From the NCBI GenBank assembly GCA_000004985.1, contig GG738870.1: DNA of 64,000 bases; one strand, written 5' to 3'. The notes under the pieces were generated by a model, which had not been told where the DNA came from, did not search any database, and saw only the letters and a program-made list of their open reading frames with translations. Shown here piece by piece: positions 32,101 to 42,389 of this stretch; within the stretch, counting starts at the first letter, position 1; each line of letters starts with the position of its first letter. The position numbers were made by a program, and so were the translations under genes. This DNA is from Naegleria gruberi. Lineage: Eukaryota.

Positions 32101-35100
32101 ATCATGTGTCAAGGGAGACAAATTAGAGACCTGATCAGGTATCAATCTAGAATCCCAACAAACAAAAACTCGATCACCATCAAAATCACAAATCTTGATC
32201 GATGTGTATCCTTGTGTTGGGAAGATAATTGCTGCATTGCTTGGTCTGTACTTGCTTCTCAGTAAGCTGTTATCTCTACAAGTGAAGGTTTGAATATCTG
32301 AAGGGTGCAAACAGGGATTTCTACAAATAAATACCTGCGTACCATCCTCTATATAATTTCCATCGCCAAGTTGCACCATAACTTCATTCTCCTTCAGTTG
32401 TTTATACTCATCAACAATACTCATAGCAATTACAGCTTTTTCAATTGGGATCATTGCCTTTGTTTGTACTTTCTTGATTTCGTCATAAATCAAGTATCTT
32501 GCCAGATATTGCAGGAACTCATCGTCAGGCATTTCATTCAGAGATTGAATGGCTGGTAAAGTATCCATACAATTTTCTTTGAGAACTTTTAAAAAGTATT
32601 TAGGAGACGTAATTTTTTCTGAGAGATCTTTGAAATAATCTAAGAATATAGAAAGGAAGGTTTCTTTGGTAATACCCAAAGTAGTAAGCAATAAAATAAT
32701 TTGCTTATTTAGGTATGCTGGTTTTCGAGCAGTTGTGCAACTAACCAGTTCAATCTTGTTAAGCTCCTCTTTTCCATTAAATTTACACATTGATTCTCTA
32801 AGAATGACATCCATTCCATCTCCCAAGTCTTCATCAGGTAGTACTGACAGTACTCCTTTGAATCCTAAGAATCTGATTTGCAAGGCTGTTGGCACTGAAA
32901 CAAGCCCTAACTGGTTGGAAATTTGTTGCGCTATACTTTGTGAAATTTTTCCTATTCCATCAGTCATTTCAGAACCATCAATTGCCAATTCATCCTTAAC
33001 ACATTTCCACTTATTGATGGTACAAGTTTCTTTTGTAGTTGTAAAATTAAGAGCATGTCTGGAAACAAGTTTGAAGGGGTTGAGATTCGAGTCATATGTA
33101 CCAAATATTTGCATTAATTCATCGACTTCGCTACACGCTGGCATGGCAGTTGTGTCAAAGAAATAGACATAGTCACTACGGAGCATACTTAAAGAGCCAC
33201 CAACAGGACGATATTCTTTTCCACAACATTCAATACTGGCGGGAACTACATCAATAATTTTCACTTTTACAAAGTTGTCTGGGTGTAACTTTCTGAAAAA
33301 TCTCTTATCATCCATAAGTTGTGGAAGTCCATAGGTTATTTTTTGTTTGTAAGTAACAGATCTAATGAATCTACTCTCCTTTGTATCATTTGATTGCTGA
33401 GATATTTTCAATTTCTCAATGTACTCTAACATTTTTGATTCAGGTGCAAAGGTGCATTTCTTGAATAAACTACATATTTCAGCAGTAAATAACGACATGG
33501 AAAGAGCATTGGATGAAAAGCTGTCATTATTGATAAGAGCTTTCAATCTTTCACTGATAGATGATATTATTTGAGGGGAAATGTAAAGCATTGGATGTCT
33601 ATCTTGAATATACGACAGGTAATAGGAAATCGTGCTGTTTTCATGGAAGATTGATTCGTATGGAATAAGTTCTTTAACATTTAACTTGACAAAATAAACC
33701 TTGAAACCGTCAAACGTATTTGGAATGGAAGTGGTTCCTGGCTCAATATTTCCAATGCAAGAGTACTTGTTCAATTCTTCACTGTTAACCACATTAAAGA
33801 CATATTTACCACTCCTCTCATCAATTAATATGTATCTACCAACTGCCCTCAGGATTTCATTATGGAAATCCATTTCTGGAGATAACTGAATAGGTCCACC
33901 TTCTTCCATGTAGATTTCGAATCCTTTTTCAGCAGAAAAAGTCATTGCACCTGGGCAGATTTCGATATTGTTGGAATGGTAGGAATGTAAACTCTCTGTT
34001 GGCTCAATAAACAATGCTGCATGCTTATCGAGAAGTGTGTTGAAAATCATTTTGCGAACACTCTCGAATTGGGTCTCTTCCAATGTAATTTCAATGTAGG
34101 CACTCTGTTTATCCCATTCAATCATTCTAAAAGAGCGTTTAAACACTTGCATAGTATTCCTAATATCATCTAAAGTGATACTATCAAAGTGGTGAATGGT
34201 GAATGATAAAATTTTGGTCTTGATAGGCTCAATTGTTTTTCTGAACTCAAAGTAATCTTCAAGCAAGGGCTGGATTTTGTTTGAGCTTTCCTCAGATCTA
34301 TACAATTAGATTTCCTCCAAATCACAAAGAATACTTACTTTAGTGAAATTTTTGTAATCATTTCCTTCTCTTCCTTTTCAATTTGTTCATAGTAATTTTG
34401 TTCTTCTTCTTCAATCAATAAATGGAAGGTACTCTTTTTCTGACGTGCTCTTCCTCTAGCTTGAATAATTCTTCTCAAAGAAAGATTACCATCAAAGAGA
34501 ACAACAATATTACAATCAGAAATATCAATACCTTCTTCTAAAACACTAGTAGAAACTAAGAGCTTGCATTCATGATTTTTAAATTCTTCTATCAAGACTC
34601 TTTGTTCATTTTCATAATTCATTCCACCTGCTCCATATTGGCCGACTATTCTTTGAGGATAAAATTGCTTGAATTTTCTTTCCAACATTCTTGTCAACCT
34701 GAAAGACATTTCTTTGGTTTTTACAAAAACTAGAATACGTGAATCATCTTTAGTCTTGTTTAAGATGGACTCCAACACTCCAAATCTTTCTGAAAATGAA
34801 CGGGTGATATTTGAAAACTTTTCTTTTGAATATTCCAAATCTTTTGATGATTCTAGATATTCTAAAGCTTCTTTGGTTCCAAGAATATTAGTCATTTCCA
34901 TTAATCCTATAAATTTGAGCATTTTCTGTGAAATACTTTCGTATTGTGGTGGTATGTGAAGTCTTAAATAACCAATAATTGATATAAAACTCCCAAAGTG
35001 CCATAAATTATTAATCTTGTACTCTAGTAATTGTTCATTCAGTAAGCATACTTCTTCCTTAAATTTAGAGATCAGTTGTATTTGTTCTTGCTTCATTGAT

Positions 35101-36284
35101 GTTTTCCTAATTTTAGTTGATGCAGTATTTTCCATTTCTCGCATCTTTTCTCTTGTTAGAAAAGGATAGGAAACAGAATCAATTTTGAAGGAAACTTCTA
35201 ACTGTTGAAAATCTAGTGGTGATGCTGTGAGACCAGTAATTTTAACACGTGATTGTGAATTGCGAAAAGCAGCACCCAATAAATTATATCTACTATTTGG
35301 ACTAATTCCATGGTGTATCTCATCAAATACCACCATTGAAAAATCTTCAGGTCTTAACATTCTATTTTCGAACAAGTTCAATAACAAGCCATCAGTGAAG
35401 AAGCAAACTTGAACCTCTCTTTTACGTAACCTTTCAATCGACTCTGCAGTTCTCGTTTGACTACACAATACCAAGGATTTATCTTCGGTCTCTGTTATAT
35501 AATAATCAGATTGTTGAAAAGCAAGTGGAATTTTGTTCACTACAAATGCCACCAACTTTTCTGGATTGAGTACACTCATCTTTTTCATCAATAGAACAGA
35601 CACTAGAGTTTTACCTAATCCTGTTGGAAGACAAATCAGAGAGTTTGTAAACAAGCTCTGAAAGTACATCTCCACTTGATAATCTCTAGGAGTGGAATGA
35701 AGCAATGAAGGAGGATAGTACTGTTCTTGATTCTTCTCATCAAGAAAGTTTGGCAACACTGTCTGCACAATAGGCTCAACAACTTGATTTGTCAAATCAT
35801 TATTATCATTATGTGAAGGAAGGTAACTCTTGATATCCTCATAAATCATATGAAAAGGAAGTTTCCTATCGGGCCACTTTTTCTTTGCTATTGTAGTTGT
35901 TGGATCTTCCAAGCCTTTCACAAAAGTTGCTTCTGGTCTAAAGCAAACAAAGCCTTCACTCAATTGTACAACTTTGGTACCAATGGTGAATTCATCTTTA
36001 ATTTTAATAACAGTTGCGACCTTTTCATTGCACTTTCTACAATGTAATGTATGGAGAACAATCTTCTTCTTTGGTGATTCTTGAACATCCATATTAATCA
36101 TCAATTTTTGATTGTTGGAATGATTAGTATCAATTTGATCATCGGAAGTGTATTTAATTTGATGATCATAGGTTAGTGTACAGTGATTGGCATTGTTATA
36201 CTTGCATAGACACATCCAATCGAAGGAAATTAATGCATGGCCACACTTTAAACAAGAGAGAAGATGTGATGGTTGTGGAAGCAT
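29200..36284 (-). CDS. Fusion of a Dicer-like DExH helicase and a cellular RNA-dependent RNA polymerase (RrpA/DosA type), about 2347 aa. Two exons: 34339..36284 and 29200..34297.
   Basis: ATG at 36284 (aaaATG). N-terminal Cys pairs CLKCGH...CRKCNE. Helicase motifs LPTGLGKT (Walker A), DEIHHG (DExH) and a helicase-C region. GTAAGT donor at 34338 and acceptor ...tgtatag at 34298 (41-nt intron, phase 2). The junction reads ...KISL|K|SEESSNKIQPLLEDY. RdRP catalytic motif CDFDGDRVFVCWD (DxDGD). Confidence 0.8.
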
Positions 36285-36548
36285 TTTGTTGATCGGATTG
36301 GTTGATCGGAAACTATTGTGATAAGCCTGTGAAATTAATACTAAATGATATTATTAGGTTGGGAATTCATAAGTGATTTTTTTAAATTTATTAAATAATT
36401 TTTCAAAAATAAAATATAATTGTTTTTTCCAAATTTATTGAATTTAATCCTTAAACAAAATGTAGTATCTGAATTTTATATATGTCCAGAGCTTTGGAAC
36501 AGTAATGTATCAAATAGCTGGAACAATACTTTTCAAGCAAATACATGA

Positions 36549-36619
36549 AGGGAGATAGTTCAGTGGTAGAACATGGGATTGTGGTTCCTAAGATCAGGGT
36601 TCGATTCCCTGTCTTCCTA
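36549..36619 (+). tRNA. tRNA-His (anticodon GTG), copy 1.
   Basis: AGGGAGATAGTTCAGTGGTAGAACATGGGATTGTGGTTCCTAAGATCAGGGTTCGATTCCCTGTCTTCCTA. Anticodon loop TTGTGGT, T-loop TTCGATT, discriminator A. No G-1 is encoded, which is the eukaryotic situation. T5 terminator at 36624-36628. Confidence 0.85.
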
Positions 36620-36623
36620 CACC

Positions 36624-36628
36624 TTTTT
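36624..36628 (+). terminator. Pol III T5 terminator of tRNA-His copy 1.
   Basis: TTTTT lies 4 nt after the discriminator base. Confidence 0.6.
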
Positions 36629-36910
36629 GACTTTTACTTATTCTAGAATTAAGCCTGTTTATGTAGGAGTTTACAGTATTTAAGAGACAAGAAATAATTT
36701 CAAACTCTGGTTACCAGCTTTTATTTATTTAATTATACGAAATAACAATGAATTTCCTCTCCTTCCCATTCCTCTCCAAAAACTTCCTTTGTTCTGAATC
36801 AACAATAATCCACTTCAAAATCAAATACAGCATTATTCCACTTTCGATCATAGTCCAAAAGTTCAAATACACCAAAATAGTAATGGCGTTTGACAAGAAT
36901 TCAAAAAAAA

Positions 36911-39832
36911 ATGATAGATTCATTAAACAATGAATTCGTTTGCAACAATGACTTGAACAAGCACCTTCGAAAATGCATACCAGTCACCGAATACAATCGT
37001 CAACTCAGAGAATTGAGACTAAACGCCTCCATTGGAAGTATTTCAGTTCTCGGTATTATGAGAATTGTCATTTTCGTCTTGTTGTTCATTGGATTAATTC
37101 TCTTTCTTCTATTCAAGAGATCGAAATATTTGAAATTCAATAGAATTGGATTTGCTTTTGGAGTTTTGATTTTTTCCTTGTTAGTTGTCTTGAATGGAAT
37201 TTTGCTAATTGACTTGATCCCTTCGAGAGTAATTGATTTTAATCCGACAGCAGCAGTGGTGGCAGCAATTAATTCTACAAAGAATTCGACTCGGCAAATT
37301 TCATTTGATTATCAACAGGTTTTGGTTGACCAAATCATTTCTCCATTAATTTTAATTCCCATTCAAACTTTTGAACAATTTGCTCAATTGGCCACAAATG
37401 CAACCACAAATCAAACTCTAGTTGACTATTCAAAAGTCAATCTTAGAACCATTCCTCTCATCCAGAGAACAAGAGCCATGTGGGTATCTCAACCTCAAGA
37501 ATTACTATCCGAAACCATATGTTTCATCCACCTTTCGACCACATCCTTGCTTCACTGGCTCATGATCTTGTGCATCCCAAACTTTATCTTTTTCAATTAT
37601 GTGATCAGATCTTACATGGAGAGAAAGAAATTGCGATTGGTAAAATTCTTGGAAAAGGAACAAGAAAAATTACATCGAGAATTTTTGAAACGTTTGCCAG
37701 AGGAAGATTCTTCTGAGAATTTAACACCTCAATCGAATGAAATTCATGTTGGAAATAGAGTTTTGAGAGGATATGCCAGTCAAAGATTGACAGATGAAAG
37801 GTCATTTATTTCTGAGAGTGATTCCTCAATTGTTTTGATGGATCAACCTAGAAAAGCTTCAATTCCACAGAGAGAAAGTTTCTTATTTGGTGATTCTCAA
37901 AGGGAACATCGATTCATGTCTAGTGTGTCAACTGAGCCATCTTTCTTTGCAAGTGTTTCACAACATGCTGGTCAACCAGGAAATAATTCTGGAAGAGTTA
38001 GAAGAGATTCAGCTGCTTCAGATACTTCTGAAAATGTGCAAACAGATGGAAGTGATCCAACTAATTTGTCAAGTTTCGGTACAAGTTTCCTTAAACCACC
38101 TCAATCGAATTATGATTCGAATGATGGTCCTCCTCAATTGCCAAATCCAAATGCGAGAAATGGAAAGGACCCGTTCAATCCTAATTATAATCCGAGAGGA
38201 ACTGAAGTTTCGTATATTTCCACCACTACTGGAATGATGACTCCAAGAGCAACAGTTGAAGACAACTTGGAAAGTGGAAGTGTTATTAAACATTCCTATT
38301 TAAGGCAAACTCATGGTGAGAGTGATACTCTTTCACAGACAGATTCCAAGTTTTTGAATAATTTTTCAATGACTCCATCGAGAACCACTCCAATGAATGA
38401 TGTCACTAATCAGTCAACTCAATTGTCAACAACTGCTTTTTCATCCACTGAAAATAGACAATTAAGATCTCAATTTGAGAATGAAAAGATGATTCTCATT
38501 CTCAATTTCTTCATTAATCATCCAAAAACCTTTCAAGCTTTGACATTTTGTTTCACAACCATCAGTTGGGCTATCGTTCAAGGAGTTTTCATAGCAATCA
38601 TGTTAGTTCCACAATCTGTCACCAGTTGTGATGCCATCTGGTATGTAGTTCAGAGAGTTTGGTACAGTTGCGTGTTAATCCTAAGTACCTGCTTTATGAT
38701 TGGACTATTTCTCTTTGATATGTTGGTCAATGAGAAAAATTCCTTATTGAAAAAGAATGTCAATTCTCCAAATTCACAAAAGAAATCCAAGTTTGCCTTC
38801 TTCAGATTCTTATCAAATTATTGGATTCATCATGATTTGATGTGGTTCAGGAGGGAGGCACTCTTATTTGTGTTGATTTTCATTGTCACTTGTTTGGGAT
38901 TGACATTAACTGACATTCTTGTTCATGTGACTAGATCTGAAGAGTTGGTGATTAGAGTTTACATGATTAAGATTGTAGCTTCATTCCTGTTTGAATTACC
39001 TTTCGTATTGGTGACTCCATTTCTTGTGGGAATGTTTGCATTGAAGAGACAATATCATGTAAGCAAGTTACAAAATGATTTTGTAAAGAATCAAGATGAT
39101 TATATTAGAAAGAGTATTAGACGAAATGAAAATAATCAAACCTTGACTCAATCAACTTTCCATCAACAATCCACCAATAATCAAGATACTCTCATTGAGC
39201 AACATTACAATTTATCAATTTATCATCCAACTGAGAATATTATGAGACAAATTCTCAAACATTCGAAACTCAATCGATTGTTCCAAGAATTTCTCCAAAG
39301 AGAATTATCAATCAGCAACTTGCTACTCTACAAGGCAGTCAATGAATACTTTATCTTGAAAGAGAAGGAAAAGATTCTCGAGCAGAGACAAAAGCTCTTC
39401 CACATTTACTACAATTTCATCAATTCCAATGATATTAATCAATCTCGTTTCAGTAACTTGTTGAATCGTTCCATTCTCTTGGTGAGTAAGAGTGAGAATA
39501 GATGGATTTCCAAATCCACAATCAAGAGATTTGATGAATTAATGAAAGCTTTCCATTCCAATCCAGTCAATGCCAAGGAATTCCACATCACCGTTGGAAG
39601 ACATCAACAATCCACTGAAGTTGAATTGGGAGACTTGATGATTCAACTCAAGGAAGAAATCCTATTCAATTTGTTGGATTCCTACACTCGATTCTTTATA
39701 GAATGCAAGGAATTCCACATGTTCCTCTCCTCCAACTCCAATTCGACTCAATTTGGTGTTGCCAATTCTTCTACTACAACTTCCAATAATCATAACAATA
39801 ACAATACTTCAAGTACCATTACTTATCAATAA
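36911..39832 (+). CDS. Multi-pass membrane protein with a C-terminal RGS (regulator of G-protein signalling) domain.
   Basis: ATG at 36911; the track start at 36890 is TTG. Several hydrophobic helices (IMRIVIFVLLFIGLILFLLF; FGVLIFSLLVVLNGILLI; and others). Ser/Asn/Thr-rich middle region. RGS box LFQEFLQRELSISNLLLYKAVNEYF ... FHITVG...LLDSYTRF. Confidence 0.7.
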   Translation: MIDSLNNEFVCNNDLNKHLRKCIPVTEYNRQLRELRLNASIGSISVLGIMRIVIFVLLFIGLILFLLFKRSKYLKFNRIGFAFGVLIFSLLVVLNGILLIDLIPSRVIDFNPTAAVVAAINSTKNSTRQISFDYQQVLVDQIISPLILIPIQTFEQFAQLATNATTNQTLVDYSKVNLRTIPLIQRTRAMWVSQPQELLSETICFIHLSTTSLLHWLMILCIPNFIFFNYVIRSYMERKKLRLVKFLEKEQEKLHREFLKRLPEEDSSENLTPQSNEIHVGNRVLRGYASQRLTDERSFISESDSSIVLMDQPRKASIPQRESFLFGDSQREHRFMSSVSTEPSFFASVSQHAGQPGNNSGRVRRDSAASDTSENVQTDGSDPTNLSSFGTSFLKPPQSNYDSNDGPPQLPNPNARNGKDPFNPNYNPRGTEVSYISTTTGMMTPRATVEDNLESGSVIKHSYLRQTHGESDTLSQTDSKFLNNFSMTPSRTTPMNDVTNQSTQLSTTAFSSTENRQLRSQFENEKMILILNFFINHPKTFQALTFCFTTISWAIVQGVFIAIMLVPQSVTSCDAIWYVVQRVWYSCVLILSTCFMIGLFLFDMLVNEKNSLLKKNVNSPNSQKKSKFAFFRFLSNYWIHHDLMWFRREALLFVLIFIVTCLGLTLTDILVHVTRSEELVIRVYMIKIVASFLFELPFVLVTPFLVGMFALKRQYHVSKLQNDFVKNQDDYIRKSIRRNENNQTLTQSTFHQQSTNNQDTLIEQHYNLSIYHPTENIMRQILKHSKLNRLFQEFLQRELSISNLLLYKAVNEYFILKEKEKILEQRQKLFHIYYNFINSNDINQSRFSNLLNRSILLVSKSENRWISKSTIKRFDELMKAFHSNPVNAKEFHITVGRHQQSTEVELGDLMIQLKEEILFNLLDSYTRFFIECKEFHMFLSSNSNSTQFGVANSSTTTSNNHNNNNTSSTITYQ

Positions 39833-39960
39833 AAATTCCGATCCAATATAATTACTTATTGCAATCATCAAATTCATCGAATTGAACCTTCCTCCGATAT
39901 ATATTATATTATTAATCATATCATCATCATTAATAACTATTTATATACAATTTAATTTAT

Positions 39961-40188
39961 TTAATGGAGAGGTTCAATCGGATGTTCCTTCAACTTGTTG
40001 ATTGCTTTTGATCTAATTGTCAGAATGGCACTCACAATTTCAAATTGATATGGATTAGGAACAGTATTATCACAATTAACTCTTGGGTCGACACTCAATT
40101 TTTCTAACAAGTGTTCTAATTGTTCTAATTCTTGCAAGCTGATTCTTTGGGTGTTGTGTTGGAGGTGATGTTGTTGAGTGTGTGGCAT
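39961..40188 (-). CDS. Hypothetical small protein of 75 aa.
   Basis: ATG in an aaaaaaaagATG context. Codon usage is C-ending-rich. No recognisable domain. Status uncertain. Confidence 0.25.
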   Translation of the reverse strand: MPHTQQHHLQHNTQRISLQELEQLEHLLEKLSVDPRVNCDNTVPNPYQFEIVSAILTIRSKAINKLKEHPIEPLH

Positions 40189-40313
40189 CTTTTTTTTGTA
40201 TTTTGTTTTAATTTAAAATTGGACAGAAATTGGGTTTTAATTTGGTAATTAACATTTTTCAAGGTACTTTTATGGAAATTTTTGATAATTGATAAAATTG
40301 GAAACAAGAAACT

Positions 40314-42050
40314 TTATTCAGGTTGTGGATTAGTTGCATTGTAAAATTGTATAGATGTACTGCTAGTAGTGGTAGTATTGGATCGTTGTAATTCTTGAGG
40401 TGAAATCATTAACTTTGGATATTGCACTAATATGTGACAGTATTCTTTCGAATATCGTTCATAGAATTGGACATACTCTTCAAAAGGCATAATTTTAGCA
40501 ATATTTTCAAAGATTGGTTGTAGAGCTGCATCTACTATTTCCTGTTCCAGATGAACATCTTGTGTGAAGAGGAAGAGATGTTTGATTAATTCCTGTCTCT
40601 GAATGATATGTTCATAGCTTTTTGGGTCTTTTGTTGATAACATGTTAGATAGGACCCATGTTGCTTCCTTCTTTAGAGAATATCCATTCCTATTATGAAA
40701 ATCAGCACTGTAAACTAGTAAAAGTATTGAGGCAATGTCAATATCGACTAATCTGGCTGATTGAGCTGGTGTTCCTGCTGCAATATTGCTCATGACGTAG
40801 AGAGCTTCCTTTTTCATGGAAAACTTGTCTGATTGCATGCTCCTACTGAGACATTTGAAAAACTCGGGTTGGTCTATCACTTGTTGTGTAACTGCATCAT
40901 ATTCCATTCTTGTGAAATTTCCCAAGATTCTCAGAGATGGCAATTCTATATTTCGTACATCCTTTTCGTTAATTACATTATCAATGAGTTTGCATATTAA
41001 TTTATCATCCAAAAAGCTTTCAAATATTTTTGGAATGTTTGACTCGGTTCCATATGTTATTCCCCACAAGGTGTCTGATAAAACATCGACATCTTCAGAG
41101 GTGAGAGCCAATTCCTTCATTACATCAGTAATCATTTCTAGAGAATCCTCATCCATATTAATTGGTTTAGCTCTGAAAAAGTTAGAAAAAGTCCAAGAAA
41201 TAATTCTAATCATTGAAATGATACCATTATTCTTGACTGATTGATAGACATTATAAATTAGCTTGAGAGAGGAAATCTTTTCACTTTCTCCAACTTTGTC
41301 CAAATTATCACAATCCTCTTTTAAACAAGGAAAATAATTCTTGGCTCCTTGCATTGTAATTGGCACCAAGGTATGCAATACTAAATCTCTCGATTCTGTA
41401 TTATCTCCTGTAATATTGGCCAAATTCCACAATGCTTGTTGCTTAATTTCTGGAGGTTCACAATGCAGTAACATTAAAAGAGTCTGAACTGCATTGAGTG
41501 AGGTAATTTCTTCATCCTTATACGATATCACAGAAATCGTGTGTTCATATGATCCAGATGCTATATTTGTTAAAATCCAAGATGATTCAAATACCAAATT
41601 ACGCCACAATGCCACAATCTTTAAAGGATCTTGTCTATTCTTATATTCTCTCAAATACTCTCTCACTATTCCAAAATAGAGTATTTGAAATGAGAATGGA
41701 ACCAATCCACCCTTTACAACTTCATCAAGAGGTGGATTATTTTCGAATGAAACTAATTTACGAATAATGACCATCAGTTCCAGAACATGTTCAAAAACAG
41801 AGGAAGAATCCGTCAGATCAGCCATCAAATCTCTAAATATTGGTCGAAATCTATTAATCTTTTCAGCAATGCTCATGATTTTAGGACGGTATTCAGTGAT
41901 CGGAATTGCTCTTCTCCTAGTTGATGAAGTTTTATGACGAGTCTTGTTGATACGGAGAGAGGCAATTAATTGACGAGTTAATTGATCCTTCTTGAATGAT
42001 TTATCATCATCATTGTCATCTTCATTATTATTGTTTGGTAATGATTTCAT
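40314..42050 (-). CDS. Divergent importin-alpha-like armadillo-repeat protein.
   Basis: ATG at 42050. Repeated ARM signatures match importin-alpha repeat cores: SWILTNIASGSYEHT, QALWNLANITGDNTESRDLVL, NISWTFSNFFRAKP, DTLWGITYGTESNIPKI, EALYVMSNIAAGTPAQSARLV, EATWVLSNMLSTKDP. The N-terminus is basic (RRRAIP) but not a canonical IBB. Confidence 0.65.
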   Translation of the reverse strand: MKSLPNNNNEDDNDDDKSFKKDQLTRQLIASLRINKTRHKTSSTRRRAIPITEYRPKIMSIAEKINRFRPIFRDLMADLTDSSSVFEHVLELMVIIRKLVSFENNPPLDEVVKGGLVPFSFQILYFGIVREYLREYKNRQDPLKIVALWRNLVFESSWILTNIASGSYEHTISVISYKDEEITSLNAVQTLLMLLHCEPPEIKQQALWNLANITGDNTESRDLVLHTLVPITMQGAKNYFPCLKEDCDNLDKVGESEKISSLKLIYNVYQSVKNNGIISMIRIISWTFSNFFRAKPINMDEDSLEMITDVMKELALTSEDVDVLSDTLWGITYGTESNIPKIFESFLDDKLICKLIDNVINEKDVRNIELPSLRILGNFTRMEYDAVTQQVIDQPEFFKCLSRSMQSDKFSMKKEALYVMSNIAAGTPAQSARLVDIDIASILLLVYSADFHNRNGYSLKKEATWVLSNMLSTKDPKSYEHIIQRQELIKHLFLFTQDVHLEQEIVDAALQPIFENIAKIMPFEEYVQFYERYSKEYCHILVQYPKLMISPQELQRSNTTTTSSTSIQFYNATNPQPE

Positions 42051-42389
42051 ACTTGATGATAATTATTTGATGATGACGATGACTAAGAAAATATACACTA
42101 AATAATAATAATACAATGGACTAATTTACAACAGCAAAGAGATGTTTTGTTCTATTGGTGGTTGTCTCTTGAGGGAGAGATGCAGAAAAGTGTAACAAAC
42201 AGAACTTCCAACACTTTGAAAAATTTGGTCGAGGTTGTGCTGATGGATGATGATTGGTTGTTTTTTTTGAAAATAGTTTAAAGTTGACGATGGGTGTGAT
42301 TGAAAATTACGCTGAGACCTGTCTTATTCCTTAAATAATTTATCAACTTCAAGTTAAGGTCAATTAAAGAATGAAAATTTTAAGGTTTT

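Noticed and set aside
37480-38293. Alternative-frame ORFs (37480.., 37605.., 37887.., 38069..) within the RGS membrane-protein gene.
   Set aside because: They are nested in a continuous 974-codon ORF with coherent domain structure. They have no independent start context.
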